Shown: piece by piece, positions 1 to 16,858 of the stretch
Layout of the letters: every line of letters starts with the position of its first letter
Numbering within the stretch: the first letter of the stretch is position 1
NCBI GenBank assembly: GCA_963749655.1
Contig: CAVVOB010000030.1
Coordinates: 256,001-320,000 of the forward strand
Direction: 5' to 3'
Origin: Nitrospirota bacterium
GTDB lineage: Bacteria > Nitrospirota > UBA9217
Length of the DNA stretch: 64,000 nucleotides
The notes under the pieces: model-generated
What the model was told of the DNA's origin: nothing
The model's input: the letters and a program-made list of their open reading frames with translations, nothing else
Databases searched by the model: none
Position numbers and translations under genes: made by a program

Positions 1-292
<292 letters not shown>

Positions 293-404
293 TGACGTGT
301 GGGTGATCGGCCGAAAGGTGTTCACCAGCAGTAACGGATTGCGGTAGACCCACGTAGATGAATGGTCATGGCAAGGGGGCAGTGCCCTCTTCTGGAGGTA
401 TACA

Positions 405-4550
<4,146 letters not shown>

Positions 4551-4644
4551 TATTACGTATACAGCCGGGCTTGGTGATAATACGCCAGGAATTGCTGGTC
4601 ACCGTTGCCTGGAATGTTTATGAATACTTATCGGTAAAAAAAGC

Positions 4645-4673
4645 TTGACATTGTAGCCCTATGTCGATATAAT
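4645..4673 (+). promoter_or_regulatory. sigma70 promoter of str/S10 superoperon
   Basis: TTGACA(4645-50)-17 nt-TATAAT(4668-73), perfect consensus upstream of rpsL. Confidence 0.9.
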
Positions 4674-4737
4674 TACCGGGTTTTGACTCAACGTTTTTAA
4701 AAATGATCTATTTTATTGTTTTTAAGGAGTAAATCTC

Positions 4738-5109
4738 GTGCCTACCGTCAGTCAATTGGTCAGAAAAGGCAGGTCGCTTGCCGCAGGCAAAACCAAGAGT
4801 CCTGCGCTTAAAAGCTGCCCGCAGAAGCGTGGAGTTTGCATCAGAGTGTATACGACCACGCCAAAGAAGCCAAACTCAGCCCTTCGGAAGGTCGCGAGGG
4901 TCAGGCTCACGAATGGGATGGAGGTTACCACCTATATCCCCGGCGTGGGGCATAATTTGCAGGAGCACTCCATTGTGCTTATTCGTGGAGGCAGGGTTAA
5001 GGACCTTCCTGGTGTGCGTTACCATATCGTACGCGGAACGCTTGACACCGTTGGGGTTGCAAACCGCAAGCAGGGGCGTTCCAAGTATGGAGCGAAGAGG
5101 CCGAAGTAG
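4738..5109 (+). CDS. rpsL: 30S ribosomal protein S12
   Basis: [29 protein letters not shown]. Confidence 0.99.
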   Translation: MPTVSQLVRKGRSLAAGKTKSPALKSCPQKRGVCIRVYTTTPKKPNSALRKVARVRLTNGMEVTTYIPGVGHNLQEHSIVLIRGGRVKDLPGVRYHIVRGTLDTVGVANRKQGRSKYGAKRPK

Positions 5110-5172
5110 TAGGTCGGACAGTTTAAACGTGTATGCCGCTGATGCGGCGATGAATCTTAAAGAAGGTATGCC

Positions 5173-5643
5173 ATGCCGAGAAAAAGTGTCGTTGTAAAAA
5201 GAGAGACATTACCCGATCCGAAGTACAATAGCAAAATGCTGGCCAAGTTCGTGAATGTTCTTATGCGTAAGGGCAAAAAGAGCACGGCAGAAGCGATTTG
5301 CTATAAAGCGCTGGATCGTATCCAAGCGAAGACTAACGGTGATCCTATTGCTGTCTTCAAGAAGGCCGTCGAAAACCTGAAGCCGGCTCTTGAGGTGAAG
5401 TCCCGGCGGGTAGGAGGAGCATCGTATCAGGTGCCGATCGAAGTCAAGCAACCGAGAAGGCTTTCGCTTGCATATCGGTGGTTGCGGCTTTATGCCTCGC
5501 AGAGGCCGGAGAAGTCCATGGTTGATAAACTTGCAGGCGAGATCATGGATGCATCGAACAACACCGGCGCGGCTGTGAAGAAAAAAGAAGACGTCCACCG
5601 TATGGCCGAGGCCAATAAAGCCTTCGCCCACTATCGCTGGTAA
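5173..5643 (+). CDS. rpsG: 30S ribosomal protein S7
   Basis: [30 protein letters not shown]. Confidence 0.99.
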   Translation: MPRKSVVVKRETLPDPKYNSKMLAKFVNVLMRKGKKSTAEAICYKALDRIQAKTNGDPIAVFKKAVENLKPALEVKSRRVGGASYQVPIEVKQPRRLSLAYRWLRLYASQRPEKSMVDKLAGEIMDASNNTGAAVKKKEDVHRMAEANKAFAHYRW

Positions 5644-5672
5644 GGTGTTCACGAGGGAGCGGAGGAATTATT

Positions 5673-7766
5673 TTGGCTAGGCAGTATTCACTGGAAAATA
5701 CACGCAACATCGGGATTATGGCCCACATTGACGCCGGGAAAACGACGACGACCGAGCGTATTCTGTATTATACCGGTGTTTCTTATAAGATTGGCGAAGT
5801 GCACGACGGTACCGCGGTCATGGACTGGATGGTCCAGGAGCAGGAGCGCGGGATAACGATTACATCAGCGGCGACGACCTGCTTCTGGCGCGATAAGCGC
5901 ATCAATATAATTGATACGCCAGGCCATGTGGATTTTACGATTGAAGTGGAACGGTCGCTGCGGGTTCTTGACGGCGCGGTAGCAGCCTTCGACTCAGTGA
6001 GCGGAGTAGAGCCGCAGTCCGAGACGGTCTGGCGCCAGGCAGATAAATACAAAGTCCCGCGTATCGCATTCATGAACAAGATGGACCGTATAGGCGCGGA
6101 CTTCTATATGAGCGTTCAGTCGATGATTGACCGTCTCGGTGCGAATGCAGTGCCGATCCAGCTTCCCGTCGGTGCCGAGGATAAGTTCCGCGGCTGCATT
6201 GACCTGGTGAAGATGAAAGCCGTACTGTTCAACGACGAGACGCTTGGTGCAAAATACGTTGTTGAAGATATACCCGCAGACCTCCTCCCTCAGGCGAAAG
6301 AATACCGGGAGCGGATGATCGAAAAGATCGCTGATGCGGATGACACGGTCATGGAAAGGTTCCTGAATGGCGAGGTGCCTACGGAGGCCGAGATCATGAC
6401 CGCAATCCGCAAGGGCACGATCTCCATGAAGATATTCCCGGTCATCTGCGGGTCGGCATTTAAAAACAAAGGTGTGCAGTTGCTGCTCGACGCAGTCGTA
6501 GATTATCTCCCTTCACCGTTGGATATTCCCCCCGTTACGGGTATCGACCCGAAGGGCGGCGGAGAAATAACACGTTTGACGTCTGATAGCGAACCTTTTG
6601 CGGCCGTGGCTTTCAAGATCATGACGGATCCCTTCGTAGGACAGCTGACCTTTATCAGGGTCTACTCCGGGACACTGAACTCCGGATCGTATGTTTATAA
6701 CTCAACAAAAGGGCAGCGGGAGCGTGTCGGCAGGCTGCTCAAGATGCATGCGAACAAACGCGAAGAGATCCAGGAAATCTACTCCGGGGATATCTGTGCG
6801 GCCGTTGGGCTCAAGAGCACACTGACTGGCCATACGCTGTGCGATGAGAATAAACCGGTTATCCTCGAAGCGATGACGTTCCCGGAACCGGTGATCCACA
6901 TCGCTATCGAGCCGAAGACCAAAGCGGACCAGGAAAAACTTGGACTTTCTCTCCAGAAACTGATGCAGGAAGACCCGTCGTTCCGTGTTCATACTGACCA
7001 GGAAACCGGTCAAACCATCATTTCCGGTATGGGCGAATTGCACCTGGAGATCATTGTCGATCGTCTGATGCGAGAGTTCAAAGTTGATGCAAATGTTGGA
7101 AAGCCTCAGGTTGCTTATCGTGAAACGATCAAGAAGAAGGTAACGGCGGAAGGTAAGTTTGTTCGTCAGTCCGGTGGCCGCGGTCAGTATGGGCATGCGG
7201 TGCTGGAACTCGAGCCTCAGGAGCCGGGAAAAGGCTTTGAGTTTGTTAATAAGGTCGTGGGCGGTGCAGTGCCCAAGGAATATGTTGCTCCGATCGGGAA
7301 AGGCATTGAAGAGGCGATGGAGAATGGAGTAATCGCCGGCTACCCAATGGTTGATATAAAGGTTACGCTCATTGACGGCTCCTACCATGATGTCGATTCC
7401 TCGGAAATGGCGTTCAAGATAGCCGGTTCCATGGGCTTCAAGGAAGGTGCGGCAAAGGCCAATCCGACCTTGCTTGAACCTATCATGGCTGTCGAAGTTG
7501 TCTGCGCCGAAGAGTATATGGGCGATATTATCGGAGACCTCAATTCCCGTCGCGGACGGGTACAGGGCATGAATATTCGGGGCTCCGGACGAGTCATTAC
7601 TGCTCAGGTGCCTCTGTCCGAGATGTTCGGTTATGCTACGGACATCCGATCCAAAACCCAGGGCAGAGCTACCTATACTATGCAGTTCGCACATTATGAG
7701 GAAGTGCCTAAGACGATATCCGAGCAGATCATAGCGAAGGTAAAGGGCGAGGCAGTTAAGAAGTAA
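5673..7766 (+). CDS. fusA: elongation factor G
   Basis: [21 protein letters not shown]; 697 aa; TTG start. Confidence 0.99.
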   Translation: MARQYSLENTRNIGIMAHIDAGKTTTTERILYYTGVSYKIGEVHDGTAVMDWMVQEQERGITITSAATTCFWRDKRINIIDTPGHVDFTIEVERSLRVLDGAVAAFDSVSGVEPQSETVWRQADKYKVPRIAFMNKMDRIGADFYMSVQSMIDRLGANAVPIQLPVGAEDKFRGCIDLVKMKAVLFNDETLGAKYVVEDIPADLLPQAKEYRERMIEKIADADDTVMERFLNGEVPTEAEIMTAIRKGTISMKIFPVICGSAFKNKGVQLLLDAVVDYLPSPLDIPPVTGIDPKGGGEITRLTSDSEPFAAVAFKIMTDPFVGQLTFIRVYSGTLNSGSYVYNSTKGQRERVGRLLKMHANKREEIQEIYSGDICAAVGLKSTLTGHTLCDENKPVILEAMTFPEPVIHIAIEPKTKADQEKLGLSLQKLMQEDPSFRVHTDQETGQTIISGMGELHLEIIVDRLMREFKVDANVGKPQVAYRETIKKKVTAEGKFVRQSGGRGQYGHAVLELEPQEPGKGFEFVNKVVGGAVPKEYVAPIGKGIEEAMENGVIAGYPMVDIKVTLIDGSYHDVDSSEMAFKIAGSMGFKEGAAKANPTLLEPIMAVEVVCAEEYMGDIIGDLNSRRGRVQGMNIRGSGRVITAQVPLSEMFGYATDIRSKTQGRATYTMQFAHYEEVPKTISEQIIAKVKGEAVKK

Positions 7767-7812
7767 TTTTTTAGTACATTAAGTTTTCACTTCCCTACAG
7801 GAGGGGTACGGC

Positions 7813-9012
7813 ATGGCAAAGGCAAAATTTGAGAGGACGAAACCACACGTGAACGTGGGCACCATCGGCCATGTGGACCACGGCAAGACGACCTTGACGG
7901 CGGCCATCACGAAGGTGCTTTCCTTCAAGAACATGGCGAGTTTTGTATCCTACGATAATATCGACAAGGCCCCGGAAGAACGCGAGCGCGGCATCACGAT
8001 CGCAACGGCGCACGTGGAGTACCAGACGGATAAGCGCCACTATGCCCATGTTGACTGCCCCGGTCACGCTGACTATGTGAAGAACATGATCACGGGTGCG
8101 GCGCAGATGGACGGCGCCATCCTGGTGGTGTCGGCCGCAGACGGCCCGATGCCGCAGACGCGCGAGCATATCCTGCTGGCCCGCCAGGTGGGCGTTCCGT
8201 ACATCGTGGTGTACATGAACAAGGTTGACATGGTAGACGACCCCGAGCTGATCGAGCTGGTCGAGCTGGAAGTTCGCGAACTGCTGTCGAAGTACCAGTT
8301 CCCCGGCGACAAGACCCCGATCGTGAAAGGGAGCGCCCTGAAGGCCCTCCAGAGCGAGAGCAAGGATGTGAATGCTCCTGAGTACAAGAGCATCATGGAG
8401 TTGATGGATGCCTTGGACAGCTACATTCCTCAACCGAAGCGCGATATCGATAAACCCTATCTCATGCCGATCGAAGACGTGTTTTCGATTGCCGGTCGCG
8501 GGACGGTGGTGACAGGCAGAATCGAGCGCGGCATCGTGAAGGTGAGCGACGAAATCGAGATCGTAGGCATCAAGCCGACGCAGAAGACGGTGGTCACGGG
8601 CGTTGAGATGTTCCGGAAGCTTCTGGACCAGGGAGAGGCAGGAGACAACGTTGGTGTGCTTCTTCGTGGTGTCAAGAAAGAGGACGTGGAGCGCGGCATG
8701 GTGCTGGCCAAGCCCGGGAGCATCACCCCCCACACCAAGTTCAAGGCAGAGGCGTATATTTTGACGAAGGAAGAGGGCGGCCGCCACACGCCGTTCTTCA
8801 ATGGCTACCGTCCGCAGTTTTACTTCCGTACGACGGACGTGACGGGCGTGGTAAAGCTGGCTGAAGGAGTGGAGATGGTTATGCCGGGCGATAATATGAG
8901 CTGCTCGGTAGAGCTGATCACGCCGATTGCCATGGACAAGGAGCTCCGGTTCGCCATCCGCGAGGGCGGCCGCACCGTGGGCGCCGGCGTCATCACTGAA
9001 GTGATCGAGTAA
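7813..9012 (+). CDS. tuf: elongation factor Tu
   Basis: [36 protein letters not shown]. Confidence 0.99.
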   Translation: MAKAKFERTKPHVNVGTIGHVDHGKTTLTAAITKVLSFKNMASFVSYDNIDKAPEERERGITIATAHVEYQTDKRHYAHVDCPGHADYVKNMITGAAQMDGAILVVSAADGPMPQTREHILLARQVGVPYIVVYMNKVDMVDDPELIELVELEVRELLSKYQFPGDKTPIVKGSALKALQSESKDVNAPEYKSIMELMDALDSYIPQPKRDIDKPYLMPIEDVFSIAGRGTVVTGRIERGIVKVSDEIEIVGIKPTQKTVVTGVEMFRKLLDQGEAGDNVGVLLRGVKKEDVERGMVLAKPGSITPHTKFKAEAYILTKEEGGRHTPFFNGYRPQFYFRTTDVTGVVKLAEGVEMVMPGDNMSCSVELITPIAMDKELRFAIREGGRTVGAGVITEVIE

Positions 9013-9033
9013 GAGAGAGAGAAGGGACAGCAC

Positions 9034-9339
9034 GTGACACAGAAGATCAGAATACGCTTAAAAGGCTACGACCACAGATTGCTGGACCAGTCAGCTGTGG
9101 AGATCATGGATACGGCAAAACGGACTGGCGCAAAAGTATCTGGGCCCATTCCGCTTCCGACCAGAATCAACCGTTGGACCGTGCTTCGGTCTCCCCACGT
9201 GGACAAAAAATCCCGTGAGCAGTTCGAGATCAGGACGCACAAACGATTGATGGACATTCTTGATCCGACTCCGCAGACGGTCGATGCTCTGATGAAGCTG
9301 GATCTGGCTGCAGGCGTTGACGTGGAGATAAAATTGTAG
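9034..9339 (+). CDS. rpsJ: 30S ribosomal protein S10
   Basis: [27 protein letters not shown]. Confidence 0.99.
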   Translation: MTQKIRIRLKGYDHRLLDQSAVEIMDTAKRTGAKVSGPIPLPTRINRWTVLRSPHVDKKSREQFEIRTHKRLMDILDPTPQTVDALMKLDLAAGVDVEIKL

Positions 9340-9425
9340 TTCTGGGGCCGGGCTGCTCAGGGAACCGAGATGATGCAAAAATACTCGGGGGAAACTGATC
9401 GGACTGGCGTGTGAAGGGAAATGCA

Positions 9426-10040
9426 ATGAGCAAGGGATTAATTGGGAAAAAAATAGGGATGAGCCAGCATTTCCGCGGCGGTGAACTTATTCCCGTAACG
9501 GTGATCCAGGCCGGACCCTGCACCGTGGTGCAGAAGAAAACCGCAGCAAAGGACGGTTACGATTCCGTTCAACTCGCGTTCAGTGAAGAAAAAAAGAAAG
9601 AGCGAGTGACGAAAGCAATGGCCGGTCATTTTCAGAAGGCGAGTATCAATCCGCACCGGTTTCTCAGGGAATTCCGGACCGCTGAGTACGAGCAGGGGCA
9701 AACCGTTACGGTGGAAATGTTTCAGAAGGGTGAGCGTATTGCCGTTAGCGGCGTAAGCAAGGGAAAAGGATTCGCTGGCGTCATGAAGCGCCATAACTTT
9801 GCCGGAGGACCGGGAGGCCACGGTTCCATGTTTAATCGAAGACCCGGTTCAATCGGCGCCAGTGCTTATCCATCTCGCGTTTGGCCGGGTAAAAAACTTC
9901 CCGGTCACATGGGCACGGTAAACGTTACGATCAAAAATATCGAGATCGTCGAAGTTCGTCCGGACCAGAACCTCTTGTTCGTTCGGGGAGCAGTCCCGGG
10001 CGGTGAGAACGGGCTTGTCCTTATTTATAAGGCTGATTAA
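9426..10040 (+). CDS. rplC: 50S ribosomal protein L3
   Basis: GLIGKKIGM, SKGKGFAGVMKRHNF; start moved to ATG 9426. Confidence 0.98.
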   Translation: MSKGLIGKKIGMSQHFRGGELIPVTVIQAGPCTVVQKKTAAKDGYDSVQLAFSEEKKKERVTKAMAGHFQKASINPHRFLREFRTAEYEQGQTVTVEMFQKGERIAVSGVSKGKGFAGVMKRHNFAGGPGGHGSMFNRRPGSIGASAYPSRVWPGKKLPGHMGTVNVTIKNIEIVEVRPDQNLLFVRGAVPGGENGLVLIYKAD

Positions 10041-10066
10041 TATTCAGGAAGCAGGGGAATAGGAAA

Positions 10067-10690
10067 ATGCCGTCAGTCGCAATAGTAGACCAGAATAATA
10101 AAAAAGTGAAGGATGTTGAACTTCCCAGCCTTTTTTCCACGGAAGTGAGGCCCTACCTTCTGCACACAGCAGTGGTAAATCAGCTGGCAAACAGAAGGGC
10201 CGGTACGGCTGCCACTAAGAATAAGGCTCTGGTGAGCGGTGGCGGCAAAAAGCCGTTTAAGCAGAAGGGCACAGGCAGAGCGCGTGCCGGCAGCAACCGG
10301 TCCCCTCTGTGGCGGCACGGTGGAACGATTTTCGGACCTATGCCGAGAGATTATTCCTCCGCCCTACCCAAGAAAACGAAGCGGGCAGCACTTATTGATG
10401 CAGTAGCGTCAAAGGTCTCCGAAAACAGGTTGGTCCTCCTCGATAATCTCAACCTGGCGGAACCCAAGACCAAGCTGATGTCGACAATGCTCGAGGCGCT
10501 GGGGATTCAGGAAAACGCCCTTGTGCTTATTTTGGGCGAGAACATCAATCTGCGACTTGCATCGCGAAACATTCCTTCGGTCAAAGTGCTCAAGATGGAT
10601 AACATCAATGTGTATGATCTGCTCAAGTACCGTTACCTCATCACCACGCAGGACGCATTGAACGCCATGCAGGAGGTGTACGGAAAATGA
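10067..10690 (+). CDS. rplD: 50S ribosomal protein L4
   Basis: KPFKQKGTGRARAGS, GGTIFGP. Confidence 0.98.
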   Translation: MPSVAIVDQNNKKVKDVELPSLFSTEVRPYLLHTAVVNQLANRRAGTAATKNKALVSGGGKKPFKQKGTGRARAGSNRSPLWRHGGTIFGPMPRDYSSALPKKTKRAALIDAVASKVSENRLVLLDNLNLAEPKTKLMSTMLEALGIQENALVLILGENINLRLASRNIPSVKVLKMDNINVYDLLKYRYLITTQDALNAMQEVYGK

Positions 10691-10980
10691 TGGGCGATCT
10701 TTATGATATCATCCGGGTCCCGCGCATTACCGAGAAAGGTGCGCGACTCAAGGAAAAGAACAATGTTCTGACCTTTGAAGTAAGTGTCAGCGCCAACAAA
10801 ATACAGGTAAAAAAGGCGATTGAAGGAATTTTCAAGGTAAAAGTTGCAGATATTACGACCGTTAAGAATGCAGGAAAAAAGAAGCGCGTCGGAACAAGAT
10901 TGGGCCGTCGGTCCGATTGGAAAAAAGCATATGTGACGCTGAAGCCAGGCGAAAAGATAGATATATTTGAGGGTGCTTAA
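10687..10980 (+). CDS. rplW: 50S ribosomal protein L23
   Basis: PRITEK, WKKAYVTL; S10 operon position. Confidence 0.98.
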   Translation: MMGDLYDIIRVPRITEKGARLKEKNNVLTFEVSVSANKIQVKKAIEGIFKVKVADITTVKNAGKKKRVGTRLGRRSDWKKAYVTLKPGEKIDIFEGA

Positions 10981-11808
10981 ATGCCGGTAAAGTCCTACAA
11001 TCCAACATCTCCGGGGAGACGGTTCCAAACAACTTCTACCTTTGAAGAAGTGACAAGAAGCACGCCGGAGAAATCGCTTCTCGTGAAGCTCAGCCAGAGC
11101 GGCGGACGAAATAACCGCGGCAAAGTTACCGTCCGTTATCGGGGCGGCTGGCACAAGAAAAAATATCGGATCGTCGATTTCAGACGTGATAAGATCGGAA
11201 TTCCTGCCAAGATCGCAGCCATCGAATATGATCCGAACCGCACAGCGCGCATTGCCCTTCTTCATTATGCCGATGGTGAAAAGCGGTATATCCTCGCTCC
11301 GCTCGGATTGAAGGTGGGCGATACGGTAGTGTCCGGGCCTGATGCCGACATTAAGCCCGGGAACGCCCTTCCCTTGGCGTCGATTCCCGTTGGCACCATG
11401 CTTCACAACGTAGAGCTCAAGAAGGGCTCCGGCGGACAGCTTGCCCGGAGTGCCGGCGCATCCGCGCAGCTTCTTGCGAGAGAAGGCGAGTACGCGACGA
11501 TACGGCTGAACTCAGGTGAAGTACGCATGGTCCGTTCCGAGTGTATGGCGTCAATCGGACAAGTTGGAAATTTGGATCACGAAAATATCAGCATCGGGAA
11601 GGCCGGTAGATCCCGATGGATGGGCATGCGGCCGAGAGTTCGTGGCGTGGCAAAAAACCCGGTTGACCATCCCCTCGGAGGCGGTGAGGGCAAGTCATCG
11701 GGCGGCAGACCGGGGTGTTCCCCGTGGGGTCTCCCTGATGGAACAAAGACCCGGAAAAACAAGACAACGACAAAGTTTATTATTTCACGAAGAACAAAGA
11801 GCAGGTAA
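10981..11808 (+). CDS. rplB: 50S ribosomal protein L2
   Basis: [24 protein letters not shown]. Confidence 0.99.
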   Translation: MPVKSYNPTSPGRRFQTTSTFEEVTRSTPEKSLLVKLSQSGGRNNRGKVTVRYRGGWHKKKYRIVDFRRDKIGIPAKIAAIEYDPNRTARIALLHYADGEKRYILAPLGLKVGDTVVSGPDADIKPGNALPLASIPVGTMLHNVELKKGSGGQLARSAGASAQLLAREGEYATIRLNSGEVRMVRSECMASIGQVGNLDHENISIGKAGRSRWMGMRPRVRGVAKNPVDHPLGGGEGKSSGGRPGCSPWGLPDGTKTRKNKTTTKFIISRRTKSR

Positions 11809-11832
11809 ACAAAGAAAAAGCGGAGGAATACG

Positions 11833-12123
11833 GTGCCGAGATCAGTTAAAAAAGGCCCTTTTATCGACGGGAGCCTCATGAAAAAGGTTGAGTCCATGAA
11901 TACGACGGGAGAGAAGAAACTCCTTAAGACATGGTCCCGAAGATCGACGATTACGCCTGAATTTGTTGGGCACACCATCGCGGTACACAACGGCAAAAAG
12001 TTTATCCCTGTGTATGTCGGTGAGAACATGGTCGGACACAAGCTGGGAGAATTTTCGCCGACGCGTACGTTCAAGGCGCACGGTGGATCAAAGGCTGCGG
12101 AAAAGGCGAGCGCTCCGAAGTAA
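11833..12123 (+). CDS. rpsS: 30S ribosomal protein S19
   Basis: [18 protein letters not shown]. Confidence 0.99.
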   Translation: MPRSVKKGPFIDGSLMKKVESMNTTGEKKLLKTWSRRSTITPEFVGHTIAVHNGKKFIPVYVGENMVGHKLGEFSPTRTFKAHGGSKAAEKASAPK

Positions 12124-12160
12124 TTCGGATCGCGCCGTTCATGAGAGTGAGGATGTCAGT

Positions 12161-12490
12161 ATGGAAGCAAGCGCAACAGTAAGACATATACGCATCACGC
12201 CGCGCAAGGCGCGACAGGTTATTGATCTTATTCGCGGGAAAAGGGTGGGGGACGCCATTAATATCCTCACCTTTACACCGCTTCATGCAGCACGTATTGT
12301 CAAGAAACTTCTTGATTCCGCAGTGGCCAACGCTGAGCAGAAAAAGGTCGGCGACCTGGATACGCTCACGGTAGCCAAGGCATACGTCAACCAGGGTGTC
12401 ACCATGAAGCGTATGCGGGCAAGGGCTATGGGCCGGGGCAATGTGATTAAGAAGAGGACCAGCCACATAACGGTGGTTCTTTCGGCATAG
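12161..12490 (+). CDS. rplV: 50S ribosomal protein L22
   Basis: [23 protein letters not shown]; start at ATG 12161 after GAGG. Confidence 0.98.
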   Translation: MEASATVRHIRITPRKARQVIDLIRGKRVGDAINILTFTPLHAARIVKKLLDSAVANAEQKKVGDLDTLTVAKAYVNQGVTMKRMRARAMGRGNVIKKRTSHITVVLSA

Positions 12491-12510
12491 GTTTACTGAA
12501 CGGAGGCATC

Positions 12511-13155
12511 ATGGGACAGAAGGTACATCCGGTCGGGTTTCGACTGGGGATAATAAAGACGTGGGAATCCCGCTGGTTTTCTCAAAAGAACTACGCAGCG
12601 CTCCTGCACGAGGACATCCGCATCCGTAAGATCGTTAAGGAGCGGCTTATGCATGCCGGAGTTGCCAAAGTGGAGATTGAGCGGGCAGGCCAGAAGGCAA
12701 AAATCAATATTCATACCGCCCGCCCCGGCATCATTATCGGCAAGAAAGGCGCCGAGGTAGACAAACTTAAAAAAGATCTCGAAGCCATGACCGGCAAGCA
12801 GATGTATATCAATATTCAGGAAATCAGACGGCCTGAGCTCGATGCGCAACTTGTTGCCGAGAATATTGCGCTCCAGCTGGAGCGGCGTATTGCGTTCCGC
12901 AGGGCAATGAAAAAAGCTGTCACTTCGGCACTTCGCTTGGGTGCGCAGGGAATCAAAATCACCTGTGCGGGCCGGCTCGCCGGTGCTGAAATAGCAAGGA
13001 CCGAGTGGTATCGCGAGGGCCGCGTTCCTCTCCACACTTTGCGGGCAGATATCAACTACGGATTCTTTGAGGCCAAGACCACGATGGGTCAGATTGGCGT
13101 CAAGGTATGGATTTATCGCGGAGATATTCTTCAGCAGCCGACCAGCGCTGCTTGA
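12511..13155 (+). CDS. rpsC: 30S ribosomal protein S3
   Basis: [25 protein letters not shown]. Confidence 0.99.
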   Translation: MGQKVHPVGFRLGIIKTWESRWFSQKNYAALLHEDIRIRKIVKERLMHAGVAKVEIERAGQKAKINIHTARPGIIIGKKGAEVDKLKKDLEAMTGKQMYINIQEIRRPELDAQLVAENIALQLERRIAFRRAMKKAVTSALRLGAQGIKITCAGRLAGAEIARTEWYREGRVPLHTLRADINYGFFEAKTTMGQIGVKVWIYRGDILQQPTSAA

Positions 13156-13200
13156 GCGCTCAGTGCTGAGCGAATTATAAGGGATTAAAGGACTGCAATC

Positions 13201-13617
13201 ATGTTGGCACCAAAACGAGTAAAACACCGGAAGATGCATAAGGGCAGGATGAAGGGTACGGCCTACCGTGGTGCGGAAGTGAGCTACGGTGAGTTCGGCC
13301 TGAAAGTCATGGAGCCGGGATGGATCACGAGCAGACAAATTGAAGCTGCACGTATCGCTATGACCCGCTATGTAAAACGAGGCGGCAAAATATGGATTCG
13401 AATTTTCCCGGATAAGCCGATAACGAAAAAACCCGCCGAGACCCGCATGGGAAAAGGAAAAGGCGCGCCGGAGTACTGGGTAGCGGTTGTTAAGCCGGGT
13501 CGCGTGCTGTATGAAATGGGCGGCGTTGACGAGTCCGTGGCCAGAGAAGCGTTCCGGTTGGCGGCATATAAATTGCCGATTGCCACAAAGTTCGTCTCCC
13601 GGGAGGCTGAAATATGA
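13201..13617 (+). CDS. rplP: 50S ribosomal protein L16
   Basis: [19 protein letters not shown]. Confidence 0.99.
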   Translation: MLAPKRVKHRKMHKGRMKGTAYRGAEVSYGEFGLKVMEPGWITSRQIEAARIAMTRYVKRGGKIWIRIFPDKPITKKPAETRMGKGKGAPEYWVAVVKPGRVLYEMGGVDESVAREAFRLAAYKLPIATKFVSREAEI

Positions 13618-13814
13618 AAACACGAGCACGGGAATTGAGGGATTTGTCGACCGATGAACTGCAAGCCAAAGCTGTTGAGCTGAAGCAGGAACTTTTTAAC
13701 CTCCGGATTCAGCAGGCAATGGGTCAGATAGAGAACCCCATGCGGTTGAGAACGTTGCGCAAGGATATTGCAAAAGCAAAAACGGTGTTAAAGGAAAAAT
13801 ATGGACGAAGCTAA
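13614..13814 (+). CDS. rpmC: 50S ribosomal protein L29
   Basis: ELR...ELFNLR...RKDIA pattern; operon position. Confidence 0.97.
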   Translation: MKTRARELRDLSTDELQAKAVELKQELFNLRIQQAMGQIENPMRLRTLRKDIAKAKTVLKEKYGRS

Positions 13815-14058
13815 AAAGAGAAAAGCGTACATTGGACAGGTCATCAGCGACAAAATGGACAAGACTGTTGTGCTGGCGGTAACGAGGCGCATTGCGCATT
13901 CTCGGTATGGCAAGACCGTCAAGCGCACCACGAAGTTCAAGGCCCATGATGAAAAGAATGAGTGCAAGGTGGGCGATGTTGTGAAGTTCATCGAAACGCG
14001 CCCGTTGTCAAAGGAAAAACGGTGGAAGGTTCTCGAAATTGTCGAGAAAGCCAACTAA
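13801..14058 (+). CDS. rpsQ: 30S ribosomal protein S17
   Basis: [26 protein letters not shown]. Confidence 0.98.
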   Translation: MDEAKKRKAYIGQVISDKMDKTVVLAVTRRIAHSRYGKTVKRTTKFKAHDEKNECKVGDVVKFIETRPLSKEKRWKVLEIVEKAN

Positions 14059-14093
14059 TTAATCAGGCGATAGATTTCGCAGAGGATTGAGAG

Positions 14094-14462
14094 ATGATTC
14101 AGCAGCAGACCGTTCTGGACGTTGCCGATAATTCCGGCGCAAAAAAAGTCATGTGCATCAAGGTTCTTGGCGGTACGCGGAAGCGCTACGCCACCCTGGG
14201 CGATGTAATCGTGGTGGCTATTAAGATCGCGATTCCCGAGGGACAGGTAAAAAAAGGGACCGTGGCCAAAGCGGTCGTCGTCCGCACAACGAAGGAAGTG
14301 CGCCGGCAGGATGGGTCCTATATTAAGTTTGACAGGAATGCTGCGGTGCTCATCAATAACTCAAATGAGCCGATCGGAACGCGTATCTTCGGGCCGGTTG
14401 CCCGCGAGCTTCGCAAGAAAAATTTCATGAAAATTATCTCGCTGGCGCCCGAGGTTCTGTAG
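14094..14462 (+). CDS. rplN: 50S ribosomal protein L14
   Basis: [21 protein letters not shown]. Confidence 0.99.
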   Translation: MIQQQTVLDVADNSGAKKVMCIKVLGGTRKRYATLGDVIVVAIKIAIPEGQVKKGTVAKAVVVRTTKEVRRQDGSYIKFDRNAAVLINNSNEPIGTRIFGPVARELRKKNFMKIISLAPEVL

Positions 14463-14505
14463 TTTCAGCCGAGAAATCCAGCCGAGGACAAGCAGGAACG
14501 ATAAA

Positions 14506-14817
14506 ATGCTGATAAAGAAAAATGACAATGTAATGGTGATCTCCGGTAAGGAGAAGGGAAAGCGGGGCAGGGTCATCGCCGTTTACCCCACAACCAACAG
14601 GATTCTGGTGGAAAAACTCAACATGATCAAGCGCCATACGCGCCCCAATCAGCAGCTGCGTCAGGGCGGTATTGTTGAGAAGGAAAGCCCCCTTGCCGCA
14701 TCGAATGTCCGTCTGGTATGCTCGAAGTGCGACAAGCCCACGAGCACCGCACGGAAGGACCAAGGGGATGGTACGCGTGCACGAGTGTGCAAGCTCTGCA
14801 GTGAGACGATTGATTGA
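14506..14817 (+). CDS. rplX: 50S ribosomal protein L24
   Basis: KOW motif VMVISGKEKGKRG; GGIVEKESP. Confidence 0.97.
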   Translation: MLIKKNDNVMVISGKEKGKRGRVIAVYPTTNRILVEKLNMIKRHTRPNQQLRQGGIVEKESPLAASNVRLVCSKCDKPTSTARKDQGDGTRARVCKLCSETID

Positions 14818-14877
14818 GCATGCATGCGCAGCTGAACGGTAGAGATATCAAAGCTCGTTAAATAGGATAAGCAAACC

Positions 14878-15579
14878 ATGGCAGATAAAAAAGACAAAAA
14901 AGAAGAGTCAAAAAGCAGCCCCAAAAAAGCGGCGGCCAAGGCACCGAAAGCCGGTGCCAAGGGCAAGACTTCAGCTGCGGCAGAACAAAAACAGGCGCAG
15001 GACGAAAAGTCCCCGAAAAGCGCACCTGAGCAAATCCCGGTGCCGCGCTTGAAAAAACGGTACCATGACGTTGCCGTTCCTTCACTCATGAAGGAGTTCC
15101 AGTATAAGAACCCCATGCAGGCGCCGAAGCTTGTGAAGATCGTTCTTAACATGGGCATGGGCGAGGCGATTACGAACGCAAAGGCGCTTGACCATGCGGC
15201 AGAGGAAATGACGAAGATTTCCGGACAGCGGCCCGTCATCACTCGTGCAAAGAAATCCATTGCAAACTACAAGCTGAGAGAGGGAATGCCGATCGGCTGC
15301 ATGGTCACTCTTCGGCGGGAGCGGATGTACGAGTTCCTCGACCGGTTTATCAGCGCGGCTTTGCCGAGAATCAGGGATTTCAAGGGCATTTCTTCAAAAT
15401 CCTTTGACGGGAGAGGAAATTACTCCCTGGGTATCAAAGAGCAGGTCATCTTCCCCGAGATAGAAATCGACAAGGTGGATTCGATTCACGGGATGGACAT
15501 TGTGATTGTGACAACGGCAAAAACCGATGAGGAGGGCAGGGCGTTGCTCGGCCACCTCGGCATGCCGTATCGGAAGTAG
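14878..15579 (+). CDS. rplE: 50S ribosomal protein L5 with N-terminal Lys/Ala-rich extension
   Basis: [29 protein letters not shown]; about 55 extra N-terminal residues. Confidence 0.98.
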   Translation: MADKKDKKEESKSSPKKAAAKAPKAGAKGKTSAAAEQKQAQDEKSPKSAPEQIPVPRLKKRYHDVAVPSLMKEFQYKNPMQAPKLVKIVLNMGMGEAITNAKALDHAAEEMTKISGQRPVITRAKKSIANYKLREGMPIGCMVTLRRERMYEFLDRFISAALPRIRDFKGISSKSFDGRGNYSLGIKEQVIFPEIEIDKVDSIHGMDIVIVTTAKTDEEGRALLGHLGMPYRK

Positions 15580-15608
15580 TCCGGACAGCCGGATATGATG
15601 GAGGAATA

Positions 15609-15794
15609 ATGGCAAAGAAGTCGCTGATCGCAAAGGCGCAGAGGCCTTCGAAGTTCAAAGTGCGAGATTATCACCGCTGTCCCCTGTGTGGACGCTCCCG
15701 GGGATATCTGAGAAAATTCGATATGTGCAGAATTTGTTTTAGGAACAGGGCGCTCCGGGGAGAGATTCCGGGTGTGACTAAGGCGAGCTGGTAA
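15609..15794 (+). CDS. rpsN: 30S ribosomal protein S14, Zn-binding (type Z)
   Basis: 61 aa; CPLC...CRIC. Confidence 0.98.
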   Translation: MAKKSLIAKAQRPSKFKVRDYHRCPLCGRSRGYLRKFDMCRICFRNRALRGEIPGVTKASW

Positions 15795-15812
15795 GTAAAG
15801 GGGTTTGAACCG

Positions 15813-16208
15813 ATGATGACCGATCCGATCGCGGACATGCTGACGCGTATCCGCAATGCCAGTAAGGCAAAACATGAAAAAGTTGATATTCCTTCATCAA
15901 AGCTGAAGATTGAGATCGCGAAGATTCTCAAGGATGAGGGTTATGTGAAGAATGTCAAGCTTGTAAAAGACCGCAGGCAGGGCTTGATCCGGGTGTATCT
16001 CAAATATACCGATGAGGAGCTGCCCGTGATCCAGGGCATCAAGCGGGTGAGCCGCCCAGGGTGCAGGGTTTATACCGGCAACGATTCAATTCCCAAAGTC
16101 TTGGCAGGACTCGGCACGGCGATTCTCTCCACGCCAAAGGGAATACAGACTGGTAAGCAGGCAAAGAAGGATAATGTCGGGGGAGAAGTTATCTGTCACG
16201 TGTGGTAG
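15813..16208 (+). CDS. rpsH: 30S ribosomal protein S8
   Basis: [21 protein letters not shown]. Confidence 0.99.
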   Translation: MMTDPIADMLTRIRNASKAKHEKVDIPSSKLKIEIAKILKDEGYVKNVKLVKDRRQGLIRVYLKYTDEELPVIQGIKRVSRPGCRVYTGNDSIPKVLAGLGTAILSTPKGIQTGKQAKKDNVGGEVICHVW

Positions 16209-16253
16209 TTTTTGTAGGATCATCTCGCTCTCATAAAGAGTTTAGGAGTTGTT

Positions 16254-16808
16254 ATGTCAAGGGTTGGTAAAAAACCGATTGAGATTCCATCCGGGGTCGA
16301 AGCAAAGCTCACGCCCGGGAAAATTACGCTCAAGGGACCGTTGGGCGAGATCAGTCAGGACTTGCATCCGAAGATGACGGTCAAAAAGGAGAGCAATCAG
16401 CTCCTCGTCGAACGGCCGACGAACCAGAAAATATATCGCGAACTCCATGGTCTGACGAGAAATCTGATCGCGAACATGGTTACCGGAGTGAGCAAGGGGT
16501 ACGAAAAAACCCTCGAAATTTCCGGCGTTGGTTTCAAAGCTGCGGTCGCGGCCCAGGGGGCGAATTTAATGCTCACTCTCGGCTTCTCTCATCCCATCGT
16601 TTATCCGCTTCCGAAAGGGATTAAAGCGACGGTTGATGCGAAGCAGACGCAGATTACGCTGAAGGGCGTGGACAAACAGCTGGTCGGACAGATTGCCGCT
16701 AACTTGAGGAGTCTCAAGAAGCCGGAACCGTATAAGGGAAAGGGAATCAAGTACAGTACTGAGGTCATTCAGCGCAAGGAAGGCAAAGCAGGTAAAGGCG
16801 GAAAATAA
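16254..16808 (+). CDS. rplF: 50S ribosomal protein L6
   Basis: MSRVGKKPI, PEPYKGKGIKY. Confidence 0.99.
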   Translation: MSRVGKKPIEIPSGVEAKLTPGKITLKGPLGEISQDLHPKMTVKKESNQLLVERPTNQKIYRELHGLTRNLIANMVTGVSKGYEKTLEISGVGFKAAVAAQGANLMLTLGFSHPIVYPLPKGIKATVDAKQTQITLKGVDKQLVGQIAANLRSLKKPEPYKGKGIKYSTEVIQRKEGKAGKGGK

Positions 16809-16858
16809 ATAACCTGACGTGCAGTTAATATGAGCAGGCAGGACGTGGAGATAGAAAC

